Positions 37,306 through 50,464 of a DNA stretch of 64,000 nucleotides are shown in pieces. The translations under genes were made by a program, and so were the position numbers. The DNA comes from Podarcis liolepis. Lineage: Eukaryota. The notes beneath the pieces are model-generated. The model did not search any database. It saw nothing but the letters and a program-made list of their open reading frames with translations, and was not told where the DNA came from. The DNA lies in NCBI GenBank assembly GCA_965112155.1, contig OZ218103.1, one strand, 5' to 3'. Positions within the stretch are counted from its first letter, which is position 1. Each line of letters opens with the position of its first letter.

Positions 37306-38707
37306 CAGCAGCGTAATCTCTCACAGTACTAACTGCAAAGCCTTTCCTAGCAGTTGACAAAAATGAACTGACACAGATCAGCACTGTGATATCACTCAGA
37401 GTGGTCGATACATGTTGTGGCATCTGTCACAAGCAATGCATTGGTTGGCAATTAACGCAAGCCTATTTTACTTTGCTGCCTCTTAGTTGCAGCACCCTAA
37501 CCTCTACAAGCTACTATCAAAGCTCAGTGGCATGGGGGACTGTGTAATATTGCATACCCTATGGTGGCTGAAATTCTGTTTGTGGTGCTACATTGTTCAG
37601 TTGTTCCCTGCCATACATCAACCATGCCTCCATCGTGCTTCTTCTCTGTCCTGTTAGCAACACTAATTAGCAATTGTATGCTATGCTGTTGTGCCACATT
37701 TGGAGAGGCTCACAGCTGCCAACACAGCAGCTTGAAATATGCTGAAGTAGCCATTGGATCAGCTCATGGTGCCAAGCCATAGACAACGTTGTTGCATCAG
37801 TGCAGCATCTGTTGCACTGCACCTTAAATGTTTGTACTAGTGACACAACTCATAGGACCAGGCTGTATGTTTTCTAATAGCTAGAATAGATTTATAGAAG
37901 AAGTGACAAGAAAAATCTACTGAAATGTAATTGTTTTTGTATCTACCTTTTGGACTCATTCCAACACTAATTTATTACTTCCAGACTCTGTTCTAGATCA
38001 AGACATTTTGCTCTCTGGAGCAGAGCGCCAAATGGTGCTCCAGATACTAGAGCCAACACTTCTGAAAGTCAGTTCCTGCCTTCATCTATCCACCTAAATT
38101 CCTCTGCCTGAAGCAGCTTGATTCACTTTGACATACAGTAGGGCAGGCCTAGAGTTGCACAGATTCACCCAGAGTAACAACTTTCCTATGAAAACCTTAT
38201 TCAAATGACATTTAATTTTCACATGATACAGATTTTTGAATTTCTAAGGACACTGGCAAATTCAGTGCAAGTTACTTCTGTACATTTTCGCTTTCTCCTT
38301 CTGGCACAGTTTCGAAGCCTGAACAATAATAATCCATCTTTGCAGGATTAATCCTCTGTTTTCATCATCATATATATAACTTTCATATGTGCTTTAGGAT
38401 ATCTCTATAAAACAGTGGACAAGATTCACATAACGAACCCCATTAGCCCCATTTGTGCAATGGAGCATTGCCTCATCTCCTACTCCCATGATCCAAAAAA
38501 TTGACTGGGGAAGGGGGTGTCAGAAGAACCCCCAGAACAGAACATGGAGAAAGGGGGAGGGGTATCATTCCATCTGGTAGCCAGAAGGCTTGTACGGATG
38601 GAATGACTGGAAGAGCATGTTTAATTCTACCCACAGTGTTTAAACTAACTAGTTTAACACAAATAGTTATGAGCAACATTTCATAATTCTTAAAACTGTA
38701 TATTTAC

Positions 38708-38722
38708 CAATAAATAAATAAA
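38708..38722 (+). terminator. Candidate GDF5 polyadenylation signals (overlapping AATAAA)
   Basis: aataaataaataaa followed by U/GU-rich sequence, 1.4 kb after the stop. Confidence 0.45.
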
Positions 38723-39460
38723 TGTTGAATTTGTTTTAAATTGTACGCATTATACATGGATTTAGAGAACTGCAGACAAACCTATTTCTTTCAATGTATA
38801 TTTTATTTCAGCTTCATATCTTTATTAAATATCCATCTTTTTCATGTTAACGTTCAAACTGTTGTATTATTCTGCTTCTAATTCACGCTGTTCTCTATTG
38901 CTCGTAGTAAAATAACAGCTTAAGATGTACTAAATTATTGACAGTGTTAAGTGTATCTAGCTGCCATAGTTACCATAAATATAAATTTATTTTAAAAAGC
39001 TATTTGTTTTGAATGTTTTGTTCAATTAATGAAAACAAAACAAGAGAACCTAGGATTGAGGTGGGCTCTGTTTCTGAGCTTTTATGGTTTTGCGCAAATG
39101 TTTGATTGCCAGCAGTTGTATCTTCTCTAGAGGGTTTGTGGGTGAGGAAATTGCTATGGTTGTACTTGCAATTTATACCCTTGGAGCGGCCTATAGGAAG
39201 GTTCTCTTGCCAGTCTACCTCAGGCAACGCCCATCTTCCAGCCAGAATCTGTTATTGGCTCCCACCAGTGGGCTGCCACATTGAGAATCCTATTGGCTCC
39301 TTCCCACACCCTGTGCTAGCAGACAAGACAGCCCACTGCAAAGAGTGGCAAGGGAGGGTTTATGGATTACTAATGCATCTGATATACTAGTACCAGAAGT
39401 CTGGTTGCTTCTTTCACTTGAACTCAACTGGGTAGAAAAGGGGGAAACAATAACCAGTTA

Positions 39461-39711
39461 CAGTGGTACCTTGTTTCCCGAATGGCTTGGCTCCCGAACA
39501 AATCGGCTCCTAAATGCCGCAAACCCGGAAATAAGTGTTCCAGTTTGTGAACGTTTTTTGAAAGCCGAACATCCAACGCTTCTTCCACAGCTTCCAATTG
39601 AGTGCAGGAAGCTCCTGCAGCCAATCGGAAGCCATGCCTTGGTATTCGAACAGTTTCAGGAGTCAAATGGACTCCTGGAACGGATTAAGTTCAAGAACCA
39701 AGGTACCACTG
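39461..39711. mobile_element. Tigger/pogo-type MITE
   Basis: TIR cagtggtaccttg ... caaggtaccactg. Confidence 0.88.
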
Positions 39712-40221
39712 TTTTAACAGCTGTCAAAGGACTAGTATGGGCTGTTCTAACAATTTATGGTGGCTACAAGACAATTTGCTGAGGAGGCTTCACCTTGCTT
39801 CTCTAGCAACAAAACATCAAAGTATGCATGAGAAAAGAGTAGCAGTTGATGCTCAGATGTTTCATTGCTTGCTGCTCTAGTACTTTGTAACAAGCTGTTT
39901 GTGAAGTCTAGAATGATTAATGCATGCAGAACTGAGCATGTGATGAAATCTAGGAGAACCTAATGCCTCTGCATAGCAGCAGCCAATGTCCAGAGTAAAT
40001 AATGGTTTCAATAATGTGTGGATGATCGAGACAATCCCTAAAGGGAGGAGGTAGACATCGCCCAATAACAGAGGACATGGGTAGCATATAGTAAAAACCT
40101 AAGCATCCCCTGGCATTTTGCGTTAAAAGATTTCAAGCAACATTGCTGGAAAGGTTTATGCTGAAGACCATAGAAGGTTATTGCCAGTCAGAGAATTCAG
40201 CAGTGGATTAAATGGACCTTA

Positions 40222-40452
40222 AAAGGTAAAGGGTAAAGGGACCCCTGACCATTAGGTCCAGTCGTGACCAACTCTGGGGTTGCGGTGCTCATCTCGCTTT
40301 ATTGGCCGAGGGAGCAGGCGTACAGCTTCCGGGTCATGTGGCCATCATGACTAAGCCGCTTCTGGCGAACCAGAGGAGCGCACAGAAACGCCGACCTTCT
40401 GATCGGCAAGTCCTAGGCTCTGTGGTTTAACCCACAGTGCCACCCACGTCCC
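40222..40452 (-). mobile_element. Sauria SINE with internal deletion, nested in an older SINE
   Basis: Both head and (ACCTTT) tail present; TSD taaatggacctta at 40209-40221 and 40453-40465. Confidence 0.9.
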
Positions 40453-41104
40453 TAAATGGACCTTAGATCGGGTGGAATAAGACAGTTTGCCAGTTTCATA
40501 TATTCGTATTTACCTACATTTCTGTGGGTGTTACCTTCATTTCAGTAAATAGTTATTGAGTGACTCAGGGCCCCTAGCTCTGGCCTTTGTCTGAGTCAAT
40601 ATCTGAATAAGTAGTTTGGGAGATAAAAAAATAAATAAAAAATGTAGCCTCAGTCCACCTTTCTTCCCCATACTTTATGACTGCCCTTGAGGGACTGTAT
40701 AGAAATTGTCTTTGGTGCAGAACTGAATATAGGTTTAATTTCCCTCCAAAAGGTGAATATTGCAGTCATGGTGTTCGTGAAAACCTGTTAATTTTTATTT
40801 TTGCTACTTACACGCTGTGACAAAATAAGTGGTAGGGATCACTGGATGCATTCAAACACACATACAAGCTTCATCTGCCTTGCTCCTCAAAAGACATACT
40901 TGCCTCTGAATGCAAAGCTGATTTTCTCTTCCCTTCCCTTGTACAATTTTTGATCAAAGGCTTGTATTGTGCCAATTTGAAAATCGGGTTTTTAAAAAAA
41001 TAAAAAGCTTGGAAAAACTTTCTGAAGAGAGGAAGAGGAGGGGCTTAATGCTGCCACAAAGGCTATCCCATCAGCACTGTGCACAACTGGCTACTAGCAA
41101 AATA

Positions 41105-41604
41105 CAGACATACAGTACCTCATTTTATTGATGTTTGCTTTATTGCTCTTCACAGATATTGCTCCTTACAAGGATGTGGGTGCAGCTGCAGGCAGCCCGG
41201 CCACTTTCAGGGGAAGGAAGCCCCCTGCCACTGCCACCCCCCTTCTGGCCCAGGGAGTGGAGCTGGCTAGAGCTGGTGCTGGGCTTCCCCCCTCCTGCCC
41301 CTGCAGCCAGTGGTGGGTGCTGGCTTACTAGACTACAGCAGAGGCTTACAAGCTTTTTGAGTCCATGGCTCCCTTGGCTATATTCTTTCTGCAGCTCTCC
41401 TGTGTGATACTTGGGATAAACCTGACCATCACTCAAGGCACCCCAGGGTGCTGTGGCGCATCGTTGAAAACCACTGGATAAGTGTAAACATAACTTTTAT
41501 GCGCACTGGGAAACAGGGGGAAAATGTGTGGCTCACTTTATTGCGGTATTTGCTTTATCATGGTGGTCTGGAACCAAACCCACACTATGTCCAAGGTATG
41601 CCTA
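41105..41604 (+). mobile_element. Tigger1-like non-autonomous DNA transposon
   Basis: Both termini resemble mammalian Tigger1 ends as recalled; TA flanks. Confidence 0.75.
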
Positions 41605-42829
41605 TACTATCCTGTAGAGAAGAGATTGTATGCTTGACTAAACTAGAGTATGCATGGGTGGCTCGACAGCAGCCTTTTCCTGCCTGGTGCTCTTCAGCTG
41701 TTTAGGACTGCAGCTCCCATCCTTCTCAGTCAGCCATGCATCCATGCTGGCTGGGTCTGGTGAGGGCTGTAGTCCAAAGCATCTGGATGGCACAGTGACC
41801 TGAGCACTTTCATCATGTCAGAATACACCCAGCCAGTATACCTTCTAAGCCTCCAAGGCTAGTTCAGTGCTGGCCCAATAATTAATTTTCTGAAGAACTT
41901 CAGCTGCATTACTCCCAAAGGATGGAGTCTGTCCCTAAGATATGCTTCCCAAGTGTTTGTAGTACATGCACATTTGACCCATTCACAATCACAGGACTGA
42001 TCTTCACATGTATCTCCACAAAACACATGGAACGTTCTGTTCATAGCCAGGAGAAAGTGGTCATGTCAATCCATTCATAAATAGCTATTGTACCCTTAGC
42101 TATAATCCATTAATACTACACTAAAACCCCAAAGAGAACGGTGAAGGCTTGCTTTATGTCTAGACAGGACACGTCTAAGCCACTAGGGTTTCTTTCTGAT
42201 ATAACAGAACATCTGGATTTCAGCAGCAGGTAAAGGATGAGAGCAAGATCACATGGCCCCACAGAAGTCTTTACAGCACCTGGGAGAAGAGCCTCGTGAA
42301 ACAATTTGGAACACAAACTGGCTGTGGAAACTAAAATGTTGCCCATTATGCCTGATAACATTCAGGATAAGGGTGAAACAAAAGGGTGTGTTGCACTAAC
42401 TGGTAGTTGCTGGCGGACTCCAGGATCTATCTAGTGCTGGCCCTACTAGGCAGAAGGAGGCAGCCACTGGAGGCAGCCCCAACACCACCATTCCCCCCCA
42501 AGTCCCCTAAAAAGCTACCCTGCTATGGCAATGTACAGTGGAGGATGCTGCCCCAGGACCCATGTTGAGATTCAACTGCCAATTATATAAATATTTAAAA
42601 TATCATCCTGCTCTTAAGCCAAAAAAAGGATCCCAGAGAAGTTTACAGATTGCTAAAAAATAAAAGACCCTTCCATCAGGCTTACAATCGAAAAAGACAC
42701 AACATAAGTGGTAAATGGTCTGGGAGGAGAATAGTCTTGTCCTTTGCTTTAAACAGCCCTGAGTCCCTATCTGGGGAAATCAAGAGAGAGCTTCGGGGAA
42801 ATTCTTTGGCTTTTGATTATTTGATTGCT

Positions 42830-42897
42830 GTTAGCCGCCCTGAGCCCGGCTTCGGCTGGGGAGGGCGGGATATAAATAAAATTTATTATTATTATTA
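42830..42897 (+). mobile_element. LINE/SINE 3' end with (TTA)n tail
   Basis: gttagccgccctgagcccggcttcggctggggagggcgggatataaataaa(tta)n. Confidence 0.7.
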
Positions 42898-43109
42898 TTT
42901 TAAAATTTAATTATTTATTGTTTCTAAATTAGCATAGCTATACTGTTGCTTGTGAAATGCTTTTTCCTTGAACAGCTGGATACACGTATCCAAATAAATA
43001 TACTGCCCAAATAAATAAAATGGCAAAATGGCCATACCTTCCTGAGAAGTTGTGCTTCATGCTTTCGAAATCCATAAGTGTTGTGACACCTGTAGTACAC
43101 CTCACAGTA

Positions 43110-43687
43110 ATATCAGGATTAGGTTTGGGTTGACAGGCCCCAACGCAGGAGGAGGAAGAAACGACCAACCAGTGGGGTGGGGAGAGCTGACTGGTGAGAG
43201 CAAGGGTTGGGGAAGGGGACTCAACTTCAACCACTTTGGAAGTGGGGGCAAGGATGCCAGCTCCATGCTCTGATCTCCTGCGTGAGTGGAGAGCCTTACT
43301 GGAGGCTGGGCTGGGCTGTGGGCAGCTGAGGGGGACGGCAAATCAGGAGGCAGCAGTATCTGATCAGAAAAGGAGAGTGCAGTATTTTCCCCTAGAACCA
43401 AGCACCAATCCTGCAGACCTGAGCAGACCCACCCTCCCCAGAGGAGTGTGCATCTGCAAACCCGCAAAGCAAGCGAATCTCATGAGTGAGAGCATAACAC
43501 TCCGTTTTTAAAAGGCTTGACAGGCAGGATGTGGAAACTCTTGGGACATCTTCGTTGCCTCTGACCAGTTCTGAACTTCTTGTCCTGCTCCTGAAATTGT
43601 GATTCCTGGATTCTGTGTCTGCTGCTAAGCCCGTACTGTTAGCTGGCCTGCGGAAATATCTCTTTCTTACTTCTCTTTAAGAACCTC
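43110..43687 (+). mobile_element. Possible degenerate LTR interrupted by a SINE
   Basis: Purine-rich organisation like the LTR at 54395-54961; termini not resolved. Confidence 0.35.
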
Positions 43688-43954
43688 GAGCCAGTGTGGT
43701 GTGGAGAGCCAGTGTGGTGTAGTGGTTAAGAGCGGTAGTCACGTAATCTGGGAAACCGGGTTCGTGTCTCCGCTCCTCCACATGCAGCTGCTGGGTGACC
43801 TTGGGCCAGTCACACTTCTGTGAAGCCTCTCAGCCCCACTCACCTCACAGAGTGTTTGTTGTGGGGGAGGAAGGGAAAGGAGAATGTTAGCCGCTTTGAG
43901 ACTCCTGAAGGGGAGTGAAAGGCGGGATATCAAATCCAAACTCTTCTTCTTCTT
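43688..43954 (+). mobile_element. Squam3-like tRNA CORE-SINE
   Basis: tRNA box A/B head (5' end tandemly duplicated), CORE gtgaccttgggccagtcac, (CTT)n tail. Confidence 0.85.
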
Positions 43955-45282
43955 CCCTGTGAGTATTGAGCATGAGGCAGGAAATTATTGCCATAATGAG
44001 CCTCTCCAAGGTAAGGAAGACATAGTTTGATCTTTCCCACATGTAATGAAGAAAAAAACAAAGCAAAGATGACTTGGCGGGCAGAGTTCGTTTTCAACCC
44101 ATGCATGGTAGTGATCAATGGAAAAGGAAATGAGTCTGGAGGGCCCCACCCAAAGAAGAAAAACTTTCCAAAAATATTAGGAAATAGTTCTACAAAAAAA
44201 AAAAAAGTGAGTAAGAAAGGCTGGCGGTGGGGAAGACACGATGTGGCATACATTGCTACATAGCACCAATGTATGGATGCTGACCACTTAAAAAAAAACA
44301 CCTTTCAGGATTGTATACTAGATCTTTTTAAGCTTAGTGTTGTAAGTTTTTTTTCAGAACTGCTAATTAAAACTTGAAATTTGTTCATATTGGACCTAAA
44401 AGAGAGAAAAAAATTTAAAAGTGCTAATGGAATGCCCCTGTCTTTAGTAAGTTCCACTATGTTTGAGGCTGGGAATGGGGTGGGGAAGAAGATTGGATAA
44501 CTGGGATCATAAGTCTACAAGTGAGTCTATGCAACAAAGTGTTGCAGTGCTGGGTAGTTCTGTTTAGGGTTCCATCCACTCCATTTCCCTTCCTCCCTAG
44601 CCAGCATAACAGTCGGCAAACATATAATGCCTACTGAACATGCCTAGTCCTTTGTGGACTTTTTTTGGTAGGGGTAGGTCACCATTTTGTTTTGTTTTTC
44701 TGGGGGTAGAGATGGGCTGGACAGACTTGTGCCTAATCCCAGGTAGAGTAAAACATTTAATTTTCCCATTGATATTTATGATCAGCTCTGTCTTCTACTG
44801 TGAAGAACATTTTATAGTAGCTTCTCCGTTTGAAGCAGGAATTTTCTACACATTCTATACTTTTGCCATCTATGTATCCCTGCTTCCTTCCTTTCTTCCC
44901 AGCCACTCCATTCTTTTCTCCCTTCTACCCGGTCCCTCCCTCAGTCGCCATTCAGTGTCATTGCATCTTTTGGGGCTTTTCGTTGTTTGCGCCCCACAAT
45001 TTGTTCTAATTTGGGGGCATGTTACAGAGGCCTCATTGGCCTCAACTTGAAGTTGGAGATTGAGTGCCAGTCCCGTGCTGTGGAATCCTCTTCCAGCAGG
45101 AATTTGTCAGGCATCCTTGCTATTAACTTTGAGGCATCTCTTGAAGACTCTTCTTTATGCCAATAGGCCAATGCAATGGTTTACATTTTCTTGTTTAGGC
45201 AGTCATTTTAATGGTGGTTTTGTACTACTTTATAGTGTTTTATGTTTTCTTGTACATGAGTTGGTGGTATATAAAAGCAAGT

Positions 45283-45284
45283 GA

Positions 45285-45335
<51 letters not shown>
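45283..45335. repeat. (GAAA)n microsatellite
   Basis: Direct read. Confidence 0.95.
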
Positions 45336-45337
<2 letters not shown>

Positions 45338-48154
45338 CTTACCAAGCTACATTGTTTGCAAGAGCAGTGGAGAGAATCTATGTGGATTTTTTCAATAAAG
45401 TGTAATTGGACTGTAAAAGTGATTATTGAATTTGAACAACCTAAGAAATGGAAACCTTCAGAAGGTATTGTTAAGGATTTATTTTAGCTAAACTCTGTAT
45501 GTTAAATAAGAACTAGGAAGCTTCATTGCTCGTGTATGTTTGTGTTTTACACATTTTCTTCTTTTTTTGCAATGGCTATGGCTATGAGCAATAAATATTT
45601 ATTGTTCTAGCAAACCAGAAAAGAAAGAATGATAAAATGAGATCTAGTATAAAGAGTCTGGGCAAAGAAATAATTCACTCTTAATTAGTCAGGGCCCCTT
45701 ATTAAACTGATTTCACATAATTAACAGCAGAAACCTATACATGTGCCCCCATTGTAAGACACATTTATTTTAACGAGACTTCATCCCAGGTAAGTCTTTA
45801 TAGGACTGCAGCCTAAAGTACTTCTCATAACACATAAACTACATTATAGAATTCACATTATGTTAGCCAATAGCACAAATGGCTTAAGAAACCCCCAGAG
45901 ACGTTTACTGAATATATTTATTGGTGGTACCACTTCCATCTAATGGATTTTGGAAGCAAACAAGAAATGGATATCAACAACTCACCCTCCTTGTGAACTT
46001 CCTTGGGGAAGTTTGGCAGTTTGAAAGACACAGCACTGGTCTACAGTGAATCATTGGTCTGATCCAACATGTCACTTGTCCAAGTTCAAGTTCCCACATT
46101 GAACAAACTTTAATTGTTAACTCTGAGCTTTCATGATGCTTTGTGGCTGCAGCCATGAGCACGTTCTCCTGTAAGTATGTCCTATTTAATGACAATATAT
46201 ACATTTATATATGTTGCATGTGCAGCCCATATCTAGAAGCATAAAAAGTTATACCAAAATATGCCAAAGGCTTACAACCCCACAGCTATTACTCTCTTAT
46301 CAGCTGTTGGATTCTGATACAGAGTGTGAAGACTGGCGTCCCATATTATTGTTATTGCCAAGTGCCCTGCTGTCCACTGGGGAATTGGCATTAGCCAAAT
46401 GGTAAAAATGAGAAGAAATATGAGTGGTAAAATAATACAGGTTAAAAGTTCAGCTTTCCACCTTTATGATGGCAGGTTTCTCTCCTCTCGCTCCCTCTTA
46501 CTGAAAATGTCTCATTTGTATTTACTTTCTAGGGTCATTATCTGTCCCTAGTGAGTCTTTGTAAAGGTCCAAATTTCAAATAAACAGTACACTATGAGAC
46601 AGGTATGTGTCGGTAATTTTTGTTGCATTTGGCTAAAATATGAACACTAAGCTGAATAGGTAAACATAAAAGTATGCCATTTAAAACAATGCATTCCCAT
46701 TAGTGTTTGAATATGCGCCTAAACTCCATGTACACTTTTACATGGTTATGTCATTTCCTGTATAAAATGTGCTTGTTTATACAGCAGCCATATGAAAGAT
46801 GCAGTAACCCAGTATGTGGGCTATTTGAAGCTGCTTTTAAGAAACATAAAACCCCCTTGGCCCTTGTATAATAAAAGGTGTTAAAAGATACTGCTTTTAC
46901 AACATCTTACCCAAGCCTGATAAGACTTTTTTTCTTTTTCTTTTGCTGTTAAAAACTTTTACTCTGTGGTTTTGGTTAATCTTATTTTAGGAATTGTTAT
47001 TCTTGTTGCATAGTATAGGGGTATTTTTTTTACAAGTTTGACATAAAGTTACATATCAGGTGACGATGGTTTTCAACAATTGTTAAATAAATGTCAAGCG
47101 TAAATAGTCAAATTAGTTGACAGGCCGCCTAATCCTGAGGGACTGCAAAGGTGCAGAAGCGAAGAAACAGCTTAGTGCCACTAAAATTCATAAGACTGTG
47201 TGGACAGCAAGTTTTTAGGGACTTGGATGTGGTGTAACACAGCCATCATTGCTTCAATCCCTATTCGTGTGTGTTTTTAAAACTGTCCCACCACAGCTCC
47301 TGGCACAAACCAACTTTGCCGATTTCTGTAACTCTGCAAGCAATACCTGAGGAAACACTAAACTAGTTCCTAGGTATGAGGCCAGTTTTGCAGTACTAGA
47401 TGTTAGTGCCCATGATATCATGGGTGATGGGTACCCCCTCCACACAGTTTTCTTTTTCACTCCAGAAAATAACGTGTAAAGAACATGTGTTTATCCAATG
47501 CAGAGCAGAGAAGAGAATATCTGCTCATCTGCAGTAGTGGCTGGAACATATTATTCTTGATATTGTTATTATAAATGTGCAGTTTTCTGTTAGTTGTTTT
47601 TAAAAAGTGCCTTGGATCCAAAGGAAAGTTACCCCAGGAAGTACTCAACAGGCAACCTTCCCCACTCAGCAACCTCATGCACCCCTCTCTAGGGTTTGGG
47701 AACCCCTCCTGAGCAATGAGAGACAGAGTATGAATGACTGCTGAGTGAGGGAGAAGATGCTTTGCTTGCGTCCTGGCAGTACCTGCATCCTTCTTATGCC
47801 CAAGGTAAGTTACTGAGATTTGGGGACACGGGAAGGGGTGTGTGGCACTCGCTTTCAAGGTGAGCAGGGTCCACTTTGCCATGCCTTGCTGGAAAACATC
47901 TGAATGGGGTTGCCTGTTTTTTCAAGTTCCCTATTTGAATATTTGTGCTGTCCAGGGGCAAAACTAGGATTTATTTCACCCGGGTCAAAGACCCAGTTTA
48001 GCACACACAAACCCTATTTATGTACACACACAGGTTGGGAGCCTCAATGTCACCCCTCTGGAGACCCGGGGCAAAAAAACACCCAGCTAACCCCCCCCCC
48101 CAGCTATGGCACTTGTGCTGTCCCTAATGATTTATACCTTTATATACATTTCAG

Positions 48155-48620
48155 TGGGGTTGGCTATAGCTCAGTGATAGAGCAGCTCCTTTGCATGCAG
48201 ATGACCCTGGGTTCTGGCTTCTCCAGGTAGGATTGGAAAAGACTTCTGTCTGAAACTGTTATGTACTGAAGTTCTCACCCTGGGCCAGCAGGGGGATACT
48301 GTAGATAGTTTTCACTCAGGTCCACATATGCAAATAAGGAATTGAAAGTGACGTTCAGTGATTGGATAGTTACAGAAAGTTGTTACTGTTGTGTTGTAGA
48401 GGAGCTCTATGTAAGCAGGCTGGCTGAACCCTTCAGTTCAGTTCTGTTCTGGCCTGTGAATAAACAAGAGCTGTTTGAAGAATCGCTGTGTCGTCTGATA
48501 TGTTCACCCACAACTTAACAGAAACATTGGGCAGCTGCTGCCTGTCAGTGTAGAAAATACACTGAGCTAAATGAGCCAATGGTCTGATTCTGAATCAGAC
48601 AGCTTCGTGTGTTCCTATGT
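48155..48620 (+). mobile_element. tRNA-derived SINE split by a solo LTR
   Basis: Head tagctcagtgatagagc; body resumes after 48525 (gctgcctgtcagtgtag...ccaatggtctgatt...gttcctatg). Confidence 0.75.
48257..48520 (+). mobile_element. Solo LTR, 264 bp
   Basis: TGTTA...TAACA termini, 5-bp TSD gaaac, internal AATAAA. Confidence 0.88.
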
Positions 48621-50464
48621 TAGCTTCATGTTCCTTTGATATGATACATCAGACACACATTCTGAAGAGCATGCTGTTCAGTTACAAGCCCTCAGGTTTA
48701 CACAGAATGACTTTATGACTAGCCTACAGTAAGAAATGTAGGGTGCAATGGGACTCCTCTAAAACATTAATTATCCTACCAGAAGTACTGTGGTGCATTT
48801 TGGATGCTGTGTCATACAAAATCTGGATCCCCATAGATGTTTTAAATATTGTATGAATTAATCTATTAAACATATTTATTGACTAGACTGTCATACTTCA
48901 ATGCAATGAAAGGGATGCCAATAATTTTCTTTTTTTAAAAAGAAGTGATGATGACTCCAACTGCCATTGGATAAGGCAGTGCATTTATGAGAGCAAACTT
49001 TTCAAGCTCAATTATAGGAGTGATAAATATGGCTTTGAAATCAAAACCAATCTTGACATCACTTATTAAAATGCAATTAACTCATAATATTATCGTCGAT
49101 TCTTAGTTTTAGACGTATGCTATGCATGAGCTCTGCTCACCAAGTTTTTTATACCACTCGCTTAGAACAGGCAGCAAATACTGTAAAATGTTTTACTATC
49201 TGGATATAGTTGGTTCAGTTTTACTGGAACATGCTCTCCTCTCTGTTGTAAGACTCCCCTGTCTGAACACCGCAACCTGGAATAATGAAACCAAATGTAT
49301 CAGGGCAGAGGTCACTAATGCACACTCCACTACATGATTCTGAGAGGATCTGTCTTCAGATTTCAGTCCCAGGAGTGGACTTTTTAAAATAAAAGGATGG
49401 AGGCAAAAATCATAGGAAGCGAATGGAAAACTTTACCCAACTTTAAGGCTAGTGGTTCCTGCTACTCCTGTTAGAATGGCACATTTATTTACTTTAGCTG
49501 ATCATCTGTGGGGGCTCTGTTTGCGACTACCTGCCCAGCAGGATGCTCCTGGCATTTCATCCCTCCCTGTCAATTTCTGAATATGTTTTGGCCCAGTGCC
49601 CAACTGGAAGGTTTGATGACTCCAGCAGACATTGTTACAGCAACAGAACAGAACAGAACAGTGATTAAGCTGCCCTCTACTTTGTCAGATTTTTCTTCTC
49701 ATTTGTGTGCTGTTTAAAGAAGAGAACCTTTGCTGGTCAGACAGGTTTTTCACTCCTGCCTGCTTTAGCTTTCCATTACCAATAAGAGGTTATACAGCGT
49801 ACAGGGCTGCACACTGTACCACACTATATGTAGAGGAGGTGTTCAGACTTAATTTATTCCCTGCCCCTGGATAAAGATTATTGCAGCTGTGTGTTTTGGA
49901 AAACTATCAATGAAGGGAGTTCAGCTCATACAACAAGCTTTGAATAGGCTACTGTACTCTGTATTTCCAGGTTCTGTTTTAATTGCACTTGCATATTACC
50001 TTAGAGAAAGCCAAAATCTGGAAAATGTTTTCTCATAGATGGTACCTCAGCCTTCTTGACCTTCTTTTTCACACCAAATGCATTCATGCATATGATCAAA
50101 ACAATCTAATATGGAACAGGGCTTGTCTATAGAACAAGCTTGCATTTGCCAAAATCCAGGTTTGCTTGGCCATGGGTAACGTTCTGCGGACACTGGTCTC
50201 CAATGACCCTGCTCTGGACATTTGTTGAGTTATTGTCAGGAGATGCAGATTAAATGGGGAAATGGGGGGGGGGGGACCAGACAGGTATTTTGTTGCCAAC
50301 AATGTTGTGTGGATGCTGGGGGGAAATGCAAGCACGCATGAGTAGCACCAATTCCAGAACAAACTTTAATCTGGAAGTGTCCCATGACATAGGGGATATT
50401 ATGATCCTATCCCTGGGTGTTATTTCATGCTCCAATATATTACTATATCATAAGATACTGAATA

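Noticed and set aside
43705-43780. tRNA gene (also 48155-48230 and 55240-55320)
   Set aside because: tRNA-derived SINE heads followed by SINE bodies; no complete cloverleaf
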